This document shows, piece after piece, positions 22,400-36,357 of a stretch of DNA of 42,441 nucleotides. Made by a program: the position numbers and the translations under genes. The DNA is taken from positions 138,055,358 through 138,097,798 of the forward strand of contig NC_068981.1 of the NCBI RefSeq assembly GCF_001194135.2, read 5' to 3'. The notes under the pieces were generated by a model that was given only the letters and a program-made list of their open reading frames with translations, had not been told where the DNA came from and searched no databases. How positions within the stretch are numbered: the first letter of the stretch is position 1; the number at the start of each line of letters is the position of its first letter. Source of the stretch: Octopus bimaculoides. Lineage: Eukaryota.

Positions 22400-23099
22400 N
22401 NNNNNNNNNNNNNNNNNNNNNNNNNNNNNNNNNNNNNNNNNNNNNNNNNNNNNNNNNNNNNNNNNNNNNNNNNNNNNNNNNNNNNNNNNNNNNNNNNNNN
22501 NNNNNNNNNNNNNNNNNNNNNNNNNNNNNNNNNNNNNNNNNNNNNNNNNNNNNNNNNNNNNNNNNNNNNNNNNNNNNNNNNNNNNNNNNNNNNNNNNNNN
22601 NNNNNNNNNNNNNNNNNNNNNNNNNNNNNNNNNNNTATATATATATACATTAACACACGCACACATACGTCAATGTACGTTCTTTCTACTTGTTTTATTT
22701 GAAAGTCAAATATTAATTGCTGCATCACTGAACACATGTACGTTAAGGAGAGTATATTATACGTTTGCAAAGAAAGATAAGATTTAGAGTGACTCTGATG
22801 TTTAGCCTAAAACGAACCTTCGAAATTATTGTTAAATTTACCACGTGCTCCTAAATTGTTTCCGTCTACGAAATGTTACTCACAAGTTAGTAGTCTGCCA
22901 GAGGAAATGATGGAACACGCTTGCATAAGGTACAGCAGAGATGGCAGGAATCAGCCAGGAACAGCGTGGCAGGAAAATGACACTTTCAGAACCGCATGCT
23001 TTGACGTGTGTGTGTATGATTAGGATTAATCTGTGTGTTAAAATTTCGAACTATTTGAAACTTAAACAAATGGTTGTGTATATTTCTAATATCTGCAGT

Positions 23100-23240
23100 T
23101 ATGGTTTGTGCAGTTAAGAAGTTCGATCTGCAGCCATTTGGTATTGGATTTGCAGGCACAATGTACGTCAGCTTGGGGAAGTGTCTTCTACAATAGTCCC
23201 ATCTGATCCATGTCTTGTAAGTGGATTTGCTAGACAGAAA
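23100..23240 (+). mobile_element. Degenerate SINE family C head
   Basis: GTTAAGAAGTTCG...GGGGAAGTGTCTTCTACAATAG...GTAAGTGGATTTGCTAGACAGAAA...GAAAAGCCCATCGT. Confidence 0.7.
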
Positions 23241-23799
23241 ATATAGAAAAGCCCATCGTGAATATATATACAGACTTCGACCAGGGCTTTACTCTCATTC
23301 AACGCACCATCTGCGGGTTGGAAGAGGCTTCGTGGCAGGCCGCGCACCAGGTGGCTAGAGGGTTACAATAAGTAATTTGAGTTCAATAAAAATCATGTTT
23401 GTTTAATGTATAGCTGTATTTTAATACTTTTGTGATATACTGGTTATCACAAAAGTATTAAAACACAACAAAGCTTATACAAAGCTTTACATTTTACTTT
23501 TGACACCTTTCATATATATNNNNNNNNNNNNNNNNNNNNNNNNNNNNNNNNNNNNNNNNNNNNNNNNNNNNNNNNNNNNNNNNNNNNNNNNNNNNNNNNN
23601 NNNNNNNNNNNNNNNNNNNNNNNNNNNNNNNNNNNNNNNNNNNNNNNNNNNNNNNNNNNNNNNNNNNNNNNNNNNNNNNNNNNNNNNNNNNNNNNNNNNN
23701 NNNNNNNTATATATATATATGTATATATATGCGTGTTTCTGTACCTGTAACATAGTGGTGCGACAAACGAGAGAATGGAATGTATAGAAAACTGAAAAT

Positions 23800-23885
23800 A
23801 AGCACTGATCAATCTGTTCGGCAAAAGGCCCTTCAAGGTGGTGCCCCAGTATGACCGCTGTCCATTAACTGAAACAAATAAAAGG
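23800..23885 (+). mobile_element. SINE family C tail fragment
   Basis: TTCAAGGTGGTGCCCCAGTATGACCGC...ACTGAAACAAATAAAAG matches 36570-36625. Confidence 0.7.
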
Positions 23886-23889
23886 CTTC

Positions 23890-24115
23890 GAGTAGGCAGA
23901 AACGTTATCGCACCGAGCGAAATGCTTAGCGGTATTTCGTCTGCCGTTACGTTCTGAGTTCAAATTCCGCCGAGGTCGACTTTGCCTTTCATCCTTTCGG
24001 TGTCGATAAATTAAGTACCAGTTACGCACTGGGATCGATGTAATCAACTTACTCCCTTTGTCTGTCCTTGTTTGTCCCCTCTATGTTTAGCCCCTTGTGG
24101 GCAATAAAGAAATAA
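23890..24115 (+). mobile_element. SINE family A, young copy with alternative 3' tail
   Basis: Near-consensus body ending CCCTTTGTCTGTCCTTGTTTGTCCCCTC...GCAATAAAGAAATAA, a different tail from the 14855 copy. Confidence 0.92.
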
Positions 24116-24488
24116 CAAATAAAATGTAAGGTATGAATATTCATTTTAATATTTCATGAAAAAATTGCGTGTCATTGCGCGAAGTTAATTTTGGCCTGGT
24201 GAACGCTATGCTATTTACAATAGAATGTAAACATAGGGGAAAATAATAATGCTACGTATTATTCTGGCTGGACGTTACTTTGGTAGCTAGCATATTGTTA
24301 CATACACAGCGCTTAACTAGTGCCGTTCAGTTGACACCCCGTTGTTTAGAGTATTCTATTCCAATGTAAAATTTTAGTTCACAGAGAACCTTGACTTTAG
24401 TCGTACAGATGGTGTCTAGTTTCATCTCGGGAGTAATTTTATTGGTATCAAAAAACATTTTAATGTGCATGATCAAAGACTCATGTAC

Positions 24489-24535
<47 letters not shown>

Positions 24536-25023
24536 CATTCAGACACACATACACATAAACATATATGTATGTGGGTGTGTATGTATATATGTATGTATAC
24601 ATATATGCATGTATCCAAATACATACATATATAAATACGGCTATACGCAGAAATATGTAGGTGTGTGTGTTTGTGTGTGTGTGCGCGTGTATATATATAT
24701 ATANNNNNNNNNNNNNNNNNNNNNNNNNNNNNNNNNNNNNNNNNNNNNNNNNNNNNNNNNNNNNNNNNNNNNNNNNNNNNNNNNNNNNNNNNNNNNNNNN
24801 NNNNNNNNNNNNNNNNNNNNNNNNNNNNNNNNNNNNNNNNNNNNNNNNNNNNNNNNNNNNNNNNNNNNNNNNNNNNNNNNNNNNNACATACATATATATA
24901 TTTAAGTATATACATACACACATACATACATACATGCAAGTTAGATGTTATCCTTGGTAAGGCGATAATCACACAGACTTGTGAAGTGCTGACAATATTA
25001 CAAAACACATGTACATATATATA

Positions 25024-25852
25024 TACAGGGTGGGTGGAAAGTAACTAGTCAGAAATTGCTTTTAGAATTTTTAGTATTACTGAAGACACGAGGAAAACAT
25101 TTTTAAACAGACAACACAAATGAGGATTTAAACATTTTTTTTATTGTTTTATTTCTTATTTCTTATTCCCCAGATGGCTGGTCGCTTGACTGTTCAGGAG
25201 TGAGTTAAGATAGCAGCACACTATGAAGTGTGGAATTCCATTGTTTTGGTTCAGGGTTGGTGGCGTGTATGGAAAGGTAATCATGCAACACTACGTCCGG
25301 AGACAACGAAAACTTGTCATGCAAAGGTGTTGACCACTGGCTCCGTGAACGATGCAAGAAGTGGCCGTCCAACCACATCAGTGGGGAATGTTTAATTGCA
25401 GCCCTCAAAAATCAACACGTCAAGCAGCTCGTATATTGAATTTTCGTTCGTGGAAACCCCATTACGTGCAGGAGCTAACCTGACGGGACGACACGAACCT
25501 CATGAATGGCCTCCAAGAAGTCCAGATCTCACTCCAAGTGATATTTACCTGCGGTTTTACACAAAGAGGAGGTATACAATACAAAAGCTCGCACACTGGA
25601 GGACTTCGAGACACGAATTCAGGAGGTTCTCAATGATAACCCAGACGACGTCCTCCAGAAGGTTCTTCATTCCATCCCTGGCCGTCTGAGGAAACTGGTT
25701 GACGCCACCGGTGCATACATTGAAATATAAAGATTTATTTTCATTTTCCCATGTAATAAAGAACATGTATTTTTTTATTTCAATAAATTTGTAAAAGGAA
25801 TATGGATTTTATTGTCAATTTTTAATGCCTACTTACTTTTCACCCACGCTAA
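25024..25852 (+). mobile_element. Internally deleted DD41D/DUF4817-type Tc1-mariner element with both TIRs
   Basis: Left TA-CAGGGTGGGTGGAAAGTAA; right TTACTTTTCACCCACGCT-A. N-terminus MAGRLTVQE*VKIAAHYEVWNSIVLVQGWW; C-terminal HEWPPRSPDLTPSDIYL; the central DD region is missing. Confidence 0.85.
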
Positions 25853-26521
25853 ATGTGTACAAAGAGAGCAATAGACAATGGCGTGACTTACCTTTCGAAG
25901 CACTGTGTTTTGGAAGTCTATCAAATTGTCCTGGTTAATGAGTGGCCATCTTACTATCTATTCTAATTCAGTATGGTACCGACCGCAAATATTTTTTTCC
26001 CACGAGATTTCTGAACTTCAGTTATGAACTCTTTTGCATGCAGCCAATCAGAGCTCTATAGACAAGTTAACAATACTCAACCACTTTAGTTGCTATAATT
26101 GATGTGAAACCCACCGCCGCACATTTTATCTATTACAAAATACATACTTCTTATGTGCAAGTACTTGGCCATCACCTTAAACTATATAACCAGCAGATTT
26201 ATGGGCCTAATATTTTCAATGATATCCTCTTTGTCCTCATTATTTCTCAGCAATTCCATTAAAACCCCGGCTCACACAAGTAAAATGTTTCTAGTCTGCT
26301 TTTCAGATGCGATAGATATCAAGCCACAACGTCAGCAAACAAATTTGTTATGTAAATATAAACTTTGTAAGGAACACTATCTAAGTTCCACAGTATTTCT
26401 TACACAAGGTCCAAACATTTATAGACGGTTCGAAACCCTATTCCGGCATTTTACTTATATAAAATCAGAGCATCGAAAAAATTATTGGAAAAAAGTTATT
26501 GGAACACCTCATATGCGAAAA

Positions 26522-26901
26522 TGTTGTTGTTGTTGGCACTCCGTCGCTTACGACGTTGAGGGTTCCAGTTGATCCGATCAACGGAACAGCCTGTTCGTGA
26601 AATTAACGTGCAAGTAGCTGAGCACTCCACAGACACGTGTACCCTTAACGTAGTTCTCGGGGATATTCAGCGTGACACGGCTGGCCCTTTGAAATACAGG
26701 TACAACAGAAACAGGAAGAAAGAGTGAGAGAAAGTTGTGGTGAAAGAGTACAGTAGGGTTCGCCACCAGCCCCTGCCGGAGCCTCGTGAGCATTGGGTGT
26801 TTTCGCTTCATAAACACTCACAACGCTTGGTCTGGGAATCGAAACCGCGATCCTATGACCGCGAGTCCGCTGCCCTAATCACTAGGTCATTGCGCCTCCA
26901 C
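26522..26901 (-). mobile_element. tRNA-derived SINE family D with (AAC)n tail
   Basis: Reverse complement starts GTGGAGGCGCAATGACCTAGTGATTAGGGCAGCGGAC...GGTTTCGATTCCCAGACC (A/B boxes); an older relative lies at 41650-41870. Confidence 0.85.
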
Positions 26902-27435
26902 GTAAGCGAAAATATACCAACGTCATTTAGTCAAGAAATCAGTTTTTGAGGTGAAAATAGTTAAAGCTTAGTTTTTGAATTATTTTGAAAAGGAAAGCAT
27001 TACCGTATAAACTGTTTGTTCTGTATGCATCATCAAAAGAGTTGAATTTTTGTAAATTAGCTTTAACTGGGTTTAGATTATATGCACTACCTGTTTGTTT
27101 TATAGTAGTTACACTGTTTTGGAAGCCTATATATAAAGATTATGAGTTAGAATTTAATTCGAGTACATACGTAATACCTAATGAAGAACGGGAGTACTCC
27201 ATAGAAAACATTGTATTATCATGAAAAAAGAGAGAAAAGAAAGCATGCGTTTCACAGTTTGAAAGGTTTCTGGAACAAGGAGTTCCTAATGTGATAAAAT
27301 TGGGATCTCAAGAGAACTACACTAATCTCTTCTGAGATATGTAAAATAATTTCTAGATCAGTGGTTTCTCAAAACGTGTCCAGCGAAGATTTGAAAACCT
27401 TATTTAACGCTTCAATATGCCTCTATAACTCGGAA

Positions 27436-27511
<76 letters not shown>

Positions 27512-27523
27512 CTCTCTCTCTCT
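27436..27523. repeat. (CT)n microsatellite
   Basis: Direct reading. Confidence 0.95.
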
Positions 27524-28581
27524 TTGTGGTTCCTTGAAAAAAAATGTTCTTCATAATCTTGTTATATACACGTATGATTAACAAACGTGGTAATTAACAG
27601 CTTTGTAGATATTTTTGTGAATTTTTTTAACCTTTCAAATGGTAAATCTTTTTCTTAAAACTTTTCACATGAAGTGTACCAGTGATTTTAATCCTTCCCT
27701 TTGAGGTTTGGCCGTAGATTTTACTGTCCCACGTATGGTGCATCACTAATCTTTAATTTTCAATGTGAGGTGCACCAATAATTTTAACTTTCAATTCGTG
27801 GTACTACAATATTTTTTATTTCTCCATTTGAAATGCGCCAACGATTACGATTTATTTATTGTTTATTTATTTTTTTGTTCATTTGATCCCCAATTCGCCA
27901 TAAAATTAAAAATGCAGACAATTACACCTCTGCATCTCCTTTCTTCATTAACACAAATGCATGTGAGAGTTTTCATCCATATAATTCTTTATTTGAACGG
28001 GTATAAAGAGACGGAAACCGTCTTAACGTTTTTTTTTTAAACGAGGTTTTCCGCCTTTTTTTTTTAATCCTTACAGCAGCCACTCCTACGAGAGAACGGC
28101 GCTGAGATCAACATTGTTTTTGGTATCATTCTCTATCTAAAACTGCTGTGTATTATCACCTCAATACACTGCAGGTGTTACTTTTTCTTCTTTGTACAGG
28201 TATTACATTAATTTTCTTCGAATTCTCTAGAGATCCTGTCAACTCCAGAGTTTCTTTATACCTATTAACGTATCGATGACAGCTCGCTGTGTGCATATTA
28301 TAATTCTACTATGAATATGCTAAGCAATAGTAAACCTCGACTGGTTAATTTAAATTTTAGTTGTCCTAAATATTTAATTAACAAAGATTTTAAAGGCCTT
28401 GCATTCTTAATAAGCTCTCGTCTAAGACATTAAATAATACCATAAGGCATTACAATACAAAGCAATTTCAATGTATTTAACCTTATTTCTATAGATTTTA
28501 ACTTCCGTACGTCACACACACACACACACACACACACATACATACATAATACATATATATGTGTGAGTGTGTGTGTGTGTA

Positions 28582-29440
28582 TACAAGGTGCGGTGAATAA
28601 ACTGTCGTCTAAATTACGCAAAAATGAAAATAGCACTGATTTCTCTCTTTAAAAGATATATTTACCAAAGTTACAGAAAACTATCTTGAAATACTAAAGA
28701 GTAAATTCATTCAATAAAATCGCAAATGTCATCAACCACCACCTCCAGACCACTTCGGAATCTCCTGCAACTCTTCCGTGCAGTCACCTTGTTTAAGTTG
28801 GTCAATGCTGCCATAATCCTTCCCTTCAGTTCATCTTTGGTGTTACAATGAGATATTTTGGTCTCTCGGTCAACTGCACCCCATTCATAATAATCAAGGA
28901 GGTTGCAGTCTGGGGAATTGGGTAGCCAGATGTTAGGGGTGATGTGGTTGCAGAAATTCTCTGACAGACATGACTAGATTCTCCTGCTTGTGTGGCATGG
29001 TGCAGAGTCCTGTTGCCAAACACAGAGTCTTCCAGCAGCCACTCTCTGACCGAGAGTAGCACTACCTCCTCCAGGCACTTGATATAGGCCTCCATGTTGA
29101 GTGTGAGGCCGTGTGGGAAGATGATTGGAGACATAACGTCGCCATCACTAGTGATCACTTCAAACACCATGATGTTGACTGGATGTTTGATTTTTATGAC
29201 TTTTGATACATGTCCTCAGACAGCACTGTCCTCAGATTGTCACCCAAACACTCTGAAATGTTCAGTGCAAATGGCAAGCTGTACAGCAAGTCGTTTCCAA
29301 ATTTCTAGCAGAGTGAATTTCGTCATGGTGCTGTTTTTCTCACAGACGGTGCCCAACTGACCCTACTATGCTGTGTAGATGACAAAATCAAAAACAAACA
29401 AAGCACATGCGCGAAATTAAAAGTATAAAATGGTGACAAT
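28582..29440 (-). mobile_element. Decayed DD37D (maT) transposon, 3' part
   Basis: Minus strand reads KHPVNIMVFEVITSDGDVMSPIIFP...WQQDSAPCH...WLPNSPDCNLLDYYEWG with exactly 37 residues between the second and third D; TIR-like end TA-CAAGGTGCGGTGAATAAA at 28582. Confidence 0.88.
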
Positions 29441-30125
29441 TTACTCATTGCACGCTGTATATGGGTGTGTGTTTGCACACACACCCTGTGTGTGTGTGTG
29501 TGTGTGTGTGCGTGTGTGTGTGTGTGTGCGCGTGCGCCCGTGCGTGTATGAATTGTCAAAATAAGTAGAGACAATTAAATAGATCTTAGAATAATGTTGA
29601 TACAAATTCGATTAGCTTGTACGAGTTCATTCGATCAGCAGCCAAACTTTTCTCAAATCACATTCTACTTTCTTAAAAAATGATTGTGTATTTTTAAATA
29701 GACTATATTTTAAAACGCCTTTGATCGTAAATATACTTGCTCCACCATGACAACTCTCGTTAAACAACAGTTAATGCTTATTTTATAGACTGGACAGGAT
29801 GAAAGTAAATTATCTCTGATGCGTTTCAAAATCAAGTCGTATATGGATGCAACTAAATCAGGCCTGACCAACTCGAATTACATTGTGGGCCATTTTAATC
29901 ACAGAAAGTTTTTTGAGGGTCGCTTGTTTACTGACAGAATTGAAGGCATTTTGCTTTCTCATGCTATTATTACAATAATAAATGAATGATCGTTGATTCA
30001 ACATGAAATATTATCGTTGCAAAAACAGTAGAATCTTTCTTTTTTACTTTTCATTACAAACTTTAATTTTCGATAAAATTTTTAAAATGTTTGTTTAAAG
30101 AAACCCATTTCAATAAAGTATCAAG

Positions 30126-30189
30126 CAGAGCGCAAGGTAAAGGTCTGCAGGCCGCATGCGGCCTGTGGGCCTCAGGTTGGCCTGCTCTG
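30126..30189. mobile_element. 64-bp palindromic mini hAT MITE
   Basis: CAGAGC...GCTCTG ends and a perfect 18-bp central palindrome CAGGCCGCATGCGGCCTG (30148-30165); no target-site duplication seen. Confidence 0.6.
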
Positions 30190-30284
30190 AATTAAATAAT
30201 GCAAGAAATCTGGTAGTGTACGTTACGTTTCTACTACGTTTCTATCACTTTCTAATCTTATAAATTTTGAGTTATTTTTATTAC

Positions 30285-30620
30285 ACAAGCGTGACTGCGA
30301 GGAAAGAAACTTGCTTCCCAACCACATGGTTCTGAGTTCAACCTCTCTGCACGACATCCTGAGTTAATGTCTTCTACTACAACCTCGGGTCGACCAAAGC
30401 CTTGCGAGTGGATTTGGTAAACGGAAACTGAAAGAAATCCAATCCGTAGTTTATATATGTGCGTGTGCATGTGTGTGCGCGTGTGTGTTCTTGTGTCTGT
30501 GCGTGTCCTCCACCAATGCTTGAAAATAGTACTGGGATTGATTCATTCAACTAAAAATCCTTCGAGGCAATGCCACAGTATGGCTGCAATCTGTTGACTG
30601 AAACGAGTAAAAGGTAAAAG
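30285..30620 (+). mobile_element. Bipartite SINE family C: tRNA-like head + internal (TG)n + tail
   Basis: Head CTTGCTTCCCAACCACATGGTTCTGAGTTCAA...GAGTGGATTTGGTAAACGGAAACTGAAAGAA, then a TG-rich spacer, then tail CCACC...GCTTGA...CAGTATGGCTGCA...ACTGAAACGAGTAAAAG. Confidence 0.85.
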
Positions 30621-31896
30621 ATCTATTAACTACTAATTAAAATACCTTGTATAACCCAAAATTAAACATGTCTTTGTTGCTCTTGCTATTTAGCCCCGCG
30701 TGAGACCTGATCAAGCTAATCTGTGATTAATGGTATTACGGCCATTCTGTTGTGTCTTTCATTCAGATATAGTGTACACCTGGCTTGATCATCAAATGTT
30801 CCCCGGGTTAAAAATGAAATATGTGATTTGAGGGAAATTTTGCTTCTGTTTATAACAGGTCGAACAACTAGGTTGAGGTTTGCTCGTTAGCTCCCAGTCA
30901 GCTCATTTATATATAATGGCATTTTTTCATGTATATGTTTTCTAGCCAGATATATTTTAAATTGAACATAAGTGACGTAAAAGTACCACTGAAAATTTCG
31001 TACAGTATACTTTAAGCAAGTTAATTTGGAAAACATTTTCACAAATTAAAGCTCATTCCAAATTAAACTGAATAATTTGAATACATAGCTGTTATTTGCT
31101 ATAAAAACTAACATCAAGTTTTGTAGTCATACTGCCTTGTAACACCTAGGTCAGTAGTTTTAAGCAGCTGGTTCATGAATTTTCCAGGTGGTCTACGTTC
31201 ACAGAAAATCAAAATAATGTAGGTTTAGTTGGTAATAATAAAGCAAAATTTTGCCAAGTTTTCTATTGAATATTAAGTATAATTGGGACAAAAAAATAAA
31301 ACAAAAGAAAAATATTACCTGCTCCTCAGATTTGAACCATCGCTTTTAAATGGATTTAGATTTCTATACCTTCCTCACTCATATACCTAGCAAAAATATA
31401 AATATCAAAATTCTAATTTATGAACTTTTAGAACCATTGGAAATCGAAATGTAACAGATTTAAGAGAAATGTCCTTCAAAATCTACTTTGACAAGCTGAA
31501 AAACAATTATTTATATAATGCCTGTAAACTGTTGTCATCTAAACCTATCTTTTAGAGTCATTCACCCTGGATACTTTGTTACTAAATTCCATTCATACGT
31601 GACTAAATTTACGTACTTGTTACAGTAAACTGAACAATTGTTGCAATGACCAGAAACATTTTCTGAACTGTTAAATGATCTAGTGAAAAATATCGATGCT
31701 AGTCACTTATAAACAAACATTTCCACAATTTTCAGTTATGCATGGATTATGTTTACAGATATGTTTCTCCTCTTGCATTCTGAGGTTCGTTAATCATCTT
31801 GAGAAAAAAGTTCTTAGAGAAAAAGTTCTTGAAGAATGAAATGCCTGCATGTCTTTTACTGAGTAACGTGACCTGGTGTTATATATTTCAACGATG

Positions 31897-31944
31897 AATT
31901 TTGCTTAATCAAATTTTACTTAATCAAATTTTGCTTAATCAAAT
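31897..31944. repeat. 3 x 15-bp tandem repeat AATTTT(G/A)CTTAATCA
   Basis: Direct reading. Confidence 0.9.
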
Positions 31945-32509
31945 CGCATTACAAGACATTTTAAGATTTGCCTTAGCTTCGTAAAGACAATTTACATAAT
32001 TTGAAGATGTGTAATATGTAAATATATTGCCGAAATGTTCATGTACTGTATCTTGAGCAAATAAACGTGGAAAAGGTTACCATACTTAATTTAGCCTGAA
32101 AGTATCGAATTCGGAACTTAAATTTGCTGTAAAAACTAACATTTCTTTGTCTTTTCGGTCATACTACCAAGTTACGTCTTAACGCTTTCATGTGATTAGT
32201 TGAAGGGGCAGAGGGAGAGGGAGAGGGAGGAATGGGAAGGGAGGAGGAGAGGGAAGGAGAGGTGGTGGTGAGTGAAATGTGTATTTTTTTAAAACCTTTT
32301 TCTTCCATTACTTAGCCCGTCTGTAACGCTTTCACATGATTAGCTGAAGTGAAAGGCGAAGAGCGAAAGAAAAGCAGGGAGAAGGAAAAGGGAGAGAGAA
32401 AAAGAGAAAGAAAGCGAGTGCTGTGTATTAAGTCTATAAGATTCTACATAAAGTATATAAAGTGTATAAATAAAGTGCATTAAGTAATCATCGTCTTCCA
32501 ACTGTGCTT

Positions 32510-32685
32510 CTCCCTCACCACCGCTTGACAACCGGTATTGGTTTATTTCGCTCCCGTAACTTAGAATAAGTACCAGACTTTAAAAAATTAGGTTTCGGGG
32601 TCGATTCGTTCGACTGAAATTCATCAAGGCGGTTTCCCAGCACGGCTGTAGCCTAATAACTGAAACAAAATAAAAGGTAAAATAA
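32510..32685 (+). mobile_element. SINE family C tail
   Basis: CACCACCGCTTGACAACCGGT...GGGGTCGATTCGTTCGACT...AAGGCGGTTTCCCAGCACGGC...ACTGAAACA. Confidence 0.8.
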
Positions 32686-33134
32686 TAAAAAAAAAGATAG
32701 AAAATAACATATGTAAAGTGTTGTCATCTAAAGCAGTACTTAAACAACTTTAGTGTCAATCACCTTTAAGACTTTATCACAAAATTGCATTCACTCAAGA
32801 CTAAATTTCCGTATGTTTTTTTTACGAATTTTCACTCCCTTGTGTGTAATATAATTTTGTTAGATGACTAAAAAGCATAAATTAACACATTTCTTAAATG
32901 TTTATTTTATTCAAATTTTGAACATACTAAAATAATAAAAGAAAATAAGGAGTGATAAAATACTTAAGAACAGGAAAACATTTTTTCTGGTTTACATAAA
33001 ATAATGTTTCTGAATCACAATACATGAACTTAGTTTGTTAGAAACGATATTTTCTCATTATTTATGTTTAACACAAAAGACTGACAAGTTAACTTACACG
33101 CATGATAAAGCATCAATGATGCTTCTTTTATCAT

Positions 33135-34900
33135 TAATGAATACGATGTTCCTGTATCGCTGTGACAAGCTTCGAAATCCATTATTCAATTCCCTGTCTC
33201 AAAGCAACCCGCATTACCGAATCAATATAGTGAAATGAATCTCATTTGTTTGTTTTCATTTCGCTCAAGTACGAACCCCTTTTCCCGTCAGGAAAGTTGT
33301 TGTCATTATTACTAGATGCTGAAGGACTTTGAAGGCTGTTTATTAGTATCCAGATAAAGAAAGTAATCTAACTGAGAAGTCTCGTTAGTAGACTTTCATC
33401 TGAGAACTTGATTTACAAGTGAAGCCACAATGAAGCTCCAGAAACACTTCCGATATTTCCTCAAAATCTCCTCACTTGATGTGGCTGCTGACAAAGGGAT
33501 TAACTTACAAGCAGATGTGTCTGAGAAGAAAATGTTTTAAAATGTCAAGACAGTAATTGCAACTGGCCAAAAAAGATAAGCCTTAAATGTTTTAGACAGA
33601 TTAAGCTGTACTTGCACTCACGCACACTGAGAAAACGTTCTCCATGTATTCAAATTATGATCTTAATTTTCATGATATCTTTTCCTCCAGCTACATTAAA
33701 GATCTTACCATGTTTATCTTTAAGTTACAAGTTAAGTCAAATGTTCAAACATAAAAATCATTTAACAGTTTGGCCAACCAAAAATCACGTTAAAAGGTAA
33801 AGCTCCAGATCACTTTACTCAATAAAAAATTGTAGACAGTTTATTCTTCAGAGACAGTTGTCTCTCAAGTTCTTTGGAGAGACAACTATCGGAAGTCAGA
33901 ATACTAAAGAAGAAATATGCCATCTGTAGACATAAACCCTGCATAACTGAAAACTGTCGAAATATTTTTGTTTGTAGGTGACTGGTATTGACACATTTCA
34001 CTACATCCTATAAAAATTCAGTTAACATTTCAGGTCATTGCAACAGCTCGGTTTGTTGTTAATATTACTTGATCTAATCGACAACGTTGAAAGCAGAATT
34101 GTATTGTTGTTTTTCTTTTGATGCGAGAGATAGCTCTTTCATGTTTCCCCACCATGGCTACAGTACAATTTGTAGTCATATCACACATTTCCTATCCCTT
34201 AAATTTGCCCAGCACGAAGGAAATGTATTCATATGTACTTTGCTCTCCGAATGGCAAGTAAATGTTAAAATAATGTTTGACAAGATTTTTTCCAAGCTTT
34301 GATACTGGAAACGACAATACACCACGAGATGTCCATTGTTTTAAATGTGTGTAGTTTCATCAATCTTCAGAGGTAAAAAGATGGTACTTCCAACAGTTTC
34401 GCCATTAGCTGATGTTTAGGGTCACTAATCATAGAAGATTGAAGGTTCAAAGTACAAATAAAAATCACAATATAGCCTCTATTAATATTATTTAAACTAT
34501 TTAAACACGATTTAGCACCTTTATCATCTTGTGTGTATGGATACTTTTCTTTCGTGGGGCAAATGTTTGAAGTAAATTAGGTAAGGAGAAAATAGGTTTT
34601 TTAATCACAGTATCTTTGCTCAAATTAATGAAAAGTTTCCATTGCTTCTCCAAAGAGTTAGAACTTAATTTATTATCATTTTAATGATTTATTGATACTT
34701 GCTGTGCCATGTTTTTAACCTGCCTGTAATTTCGAAAGAAAAAGATAACAGGCACTCGTTAAATTTTACAATGCAAAACATGCTCCAGGCTCAAATACTA
34801 GGATATGGTAATTCATCTTGAGGAAAGAACAAAACTATACTTGATATATTCTCAATTCCACTGCCAGTTGTCGAACTGTGAAGAAGACGTTCTTTGGTTC
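33135..34900 (-). mobile_element. Heavily decayed hAT transposase (Buster/ZBED5/FAM200-like)
   Basis: Broken minus-strand frames: EYIKYSFVL (N-terminal), FLPLKIDETTHI*NNGHLVVYCRF (first catalytic D region), GSYLSEMKTNK*DSFHYIDSVMRVAL...ISKLVTAIQEHRIH* (dimerisation domain end). Confidence 0.7.
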
Positions 34901-36164
34901 TTGCATTTTCTCTTGAGATTAAGTTTTTTCAAACTCGTATCGTAAAAAAGTTATCATCTGTAAGTCTATATTAAAGCAGGTTTAAGCTCTCCTTGTCAAC
35001 CCTCACAGATAGTTTATCTCTTGAAAATGTCTCTATATGTGTCGTATTCAGTTCAGACATTTTCAGAAATGATAAACTTCTTGCAGCTCATTCTTCCTCT
35101 GGAGCTGTTTTATTCAGATACTTCAACAGAAACGTAAAATCTTAATATGCAATGGAACCTTTAAAAAATAAAATATTAACACAAATATAAGGACATCTTG
35201 TATGAATGTTAACTGTTTAGAGTGGTCAAACGAAGGCAACAAAATATTTCTTTATGGAGACAAATATTAGCACTGTTAAAAGTACTTAGAAATCGAAATT
35301 TAAAAAACTGAAAATGTTACTAATATGTTTACAACTGCACGAAAGAGCTAGTTTTTAATATATTAAATAATGTATACGATAACAAATATCGCGGGGATTT
35401 TGAACGCAATGAAATGTATGTTGTTTTCACGCTGCCTTAGCCATGGCTATTACAGTAGTGGTGTAACTAGGATTTTCAAGTCAAACGAAGAAAACACTGA
35501 AGCCATTCGGAACCAAAATGCAGAATATCAGTACGAAACAATGGCACAATTTTTCTTTGCAATGCTTAAAAATAGAAAGGAAATAAATGTTGTAAATACG
35601 TAACAAATAGATTGAAGTACAACACATACACACAAGTAATTTTTTCGTATGTGAGTTTGTGTGTGTGTATGTATGCGTGCATACATAATTCTTTCAGAAC
35701 ACTAGAAAATCAAATCAACAACGCGAAGTAAAGTTACAATTCACCTGTTGCCTACGACGATCTGTCAGTGTTAACATTTATAATCGATGATCACATTAGC
35801 TTGTTTAGTCTCTTCCCAAAAGATTATATTACAACAAAATTTTTTAAAAATATCATGCAGCTTGGAAATTATAAATCAGTAGGTAGGAAAAGTAACAAGA
35901 AAACAAAATATACCAAAAAAAAAAATGCTTGCTAAGCAGATTCATTAGTATATGAATAAATATAAATAACTGTAAATTAAGCCATTCATCTTTGACTGGG
36001 GCATTCCTCAGTTTAAACAGCAAGGATCAAACTGCACTAACATCGCACAATTTTGAACATGGATGCGTTGATTTCTAAGGTAATGTGACATTGTCTGTAC
36101 GCTGTTTTGTGGTATTTTACATTATAAACTTATGCCCATTATTTAAAGTTATTACAACACAAAA

Positions 36165-36357
36165 GAATGCTGAAAAGTTCCTGACATTAAGGGTGTCACG
36201 AAAGGCTTGGTTGGAGGCCCAACCTACCGAGATCTTTTACAAAGCTTAGAAAAGCTGAAGGACCGCTGCAAAATGTGTGTAAATTTGAGAGGGGAATATG
36301 TTGAATAAAATCATGATTAACTGATCCTCGTGTATTTTCTTTTACTCAAAGCCAGAA

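Noticed and set aside
27359-27375. CAGTGGTTTCTCAAA hAT/Charlie-like TIR
   Set aside because: No partner TIR could be located, so no element boundaries can be supported.
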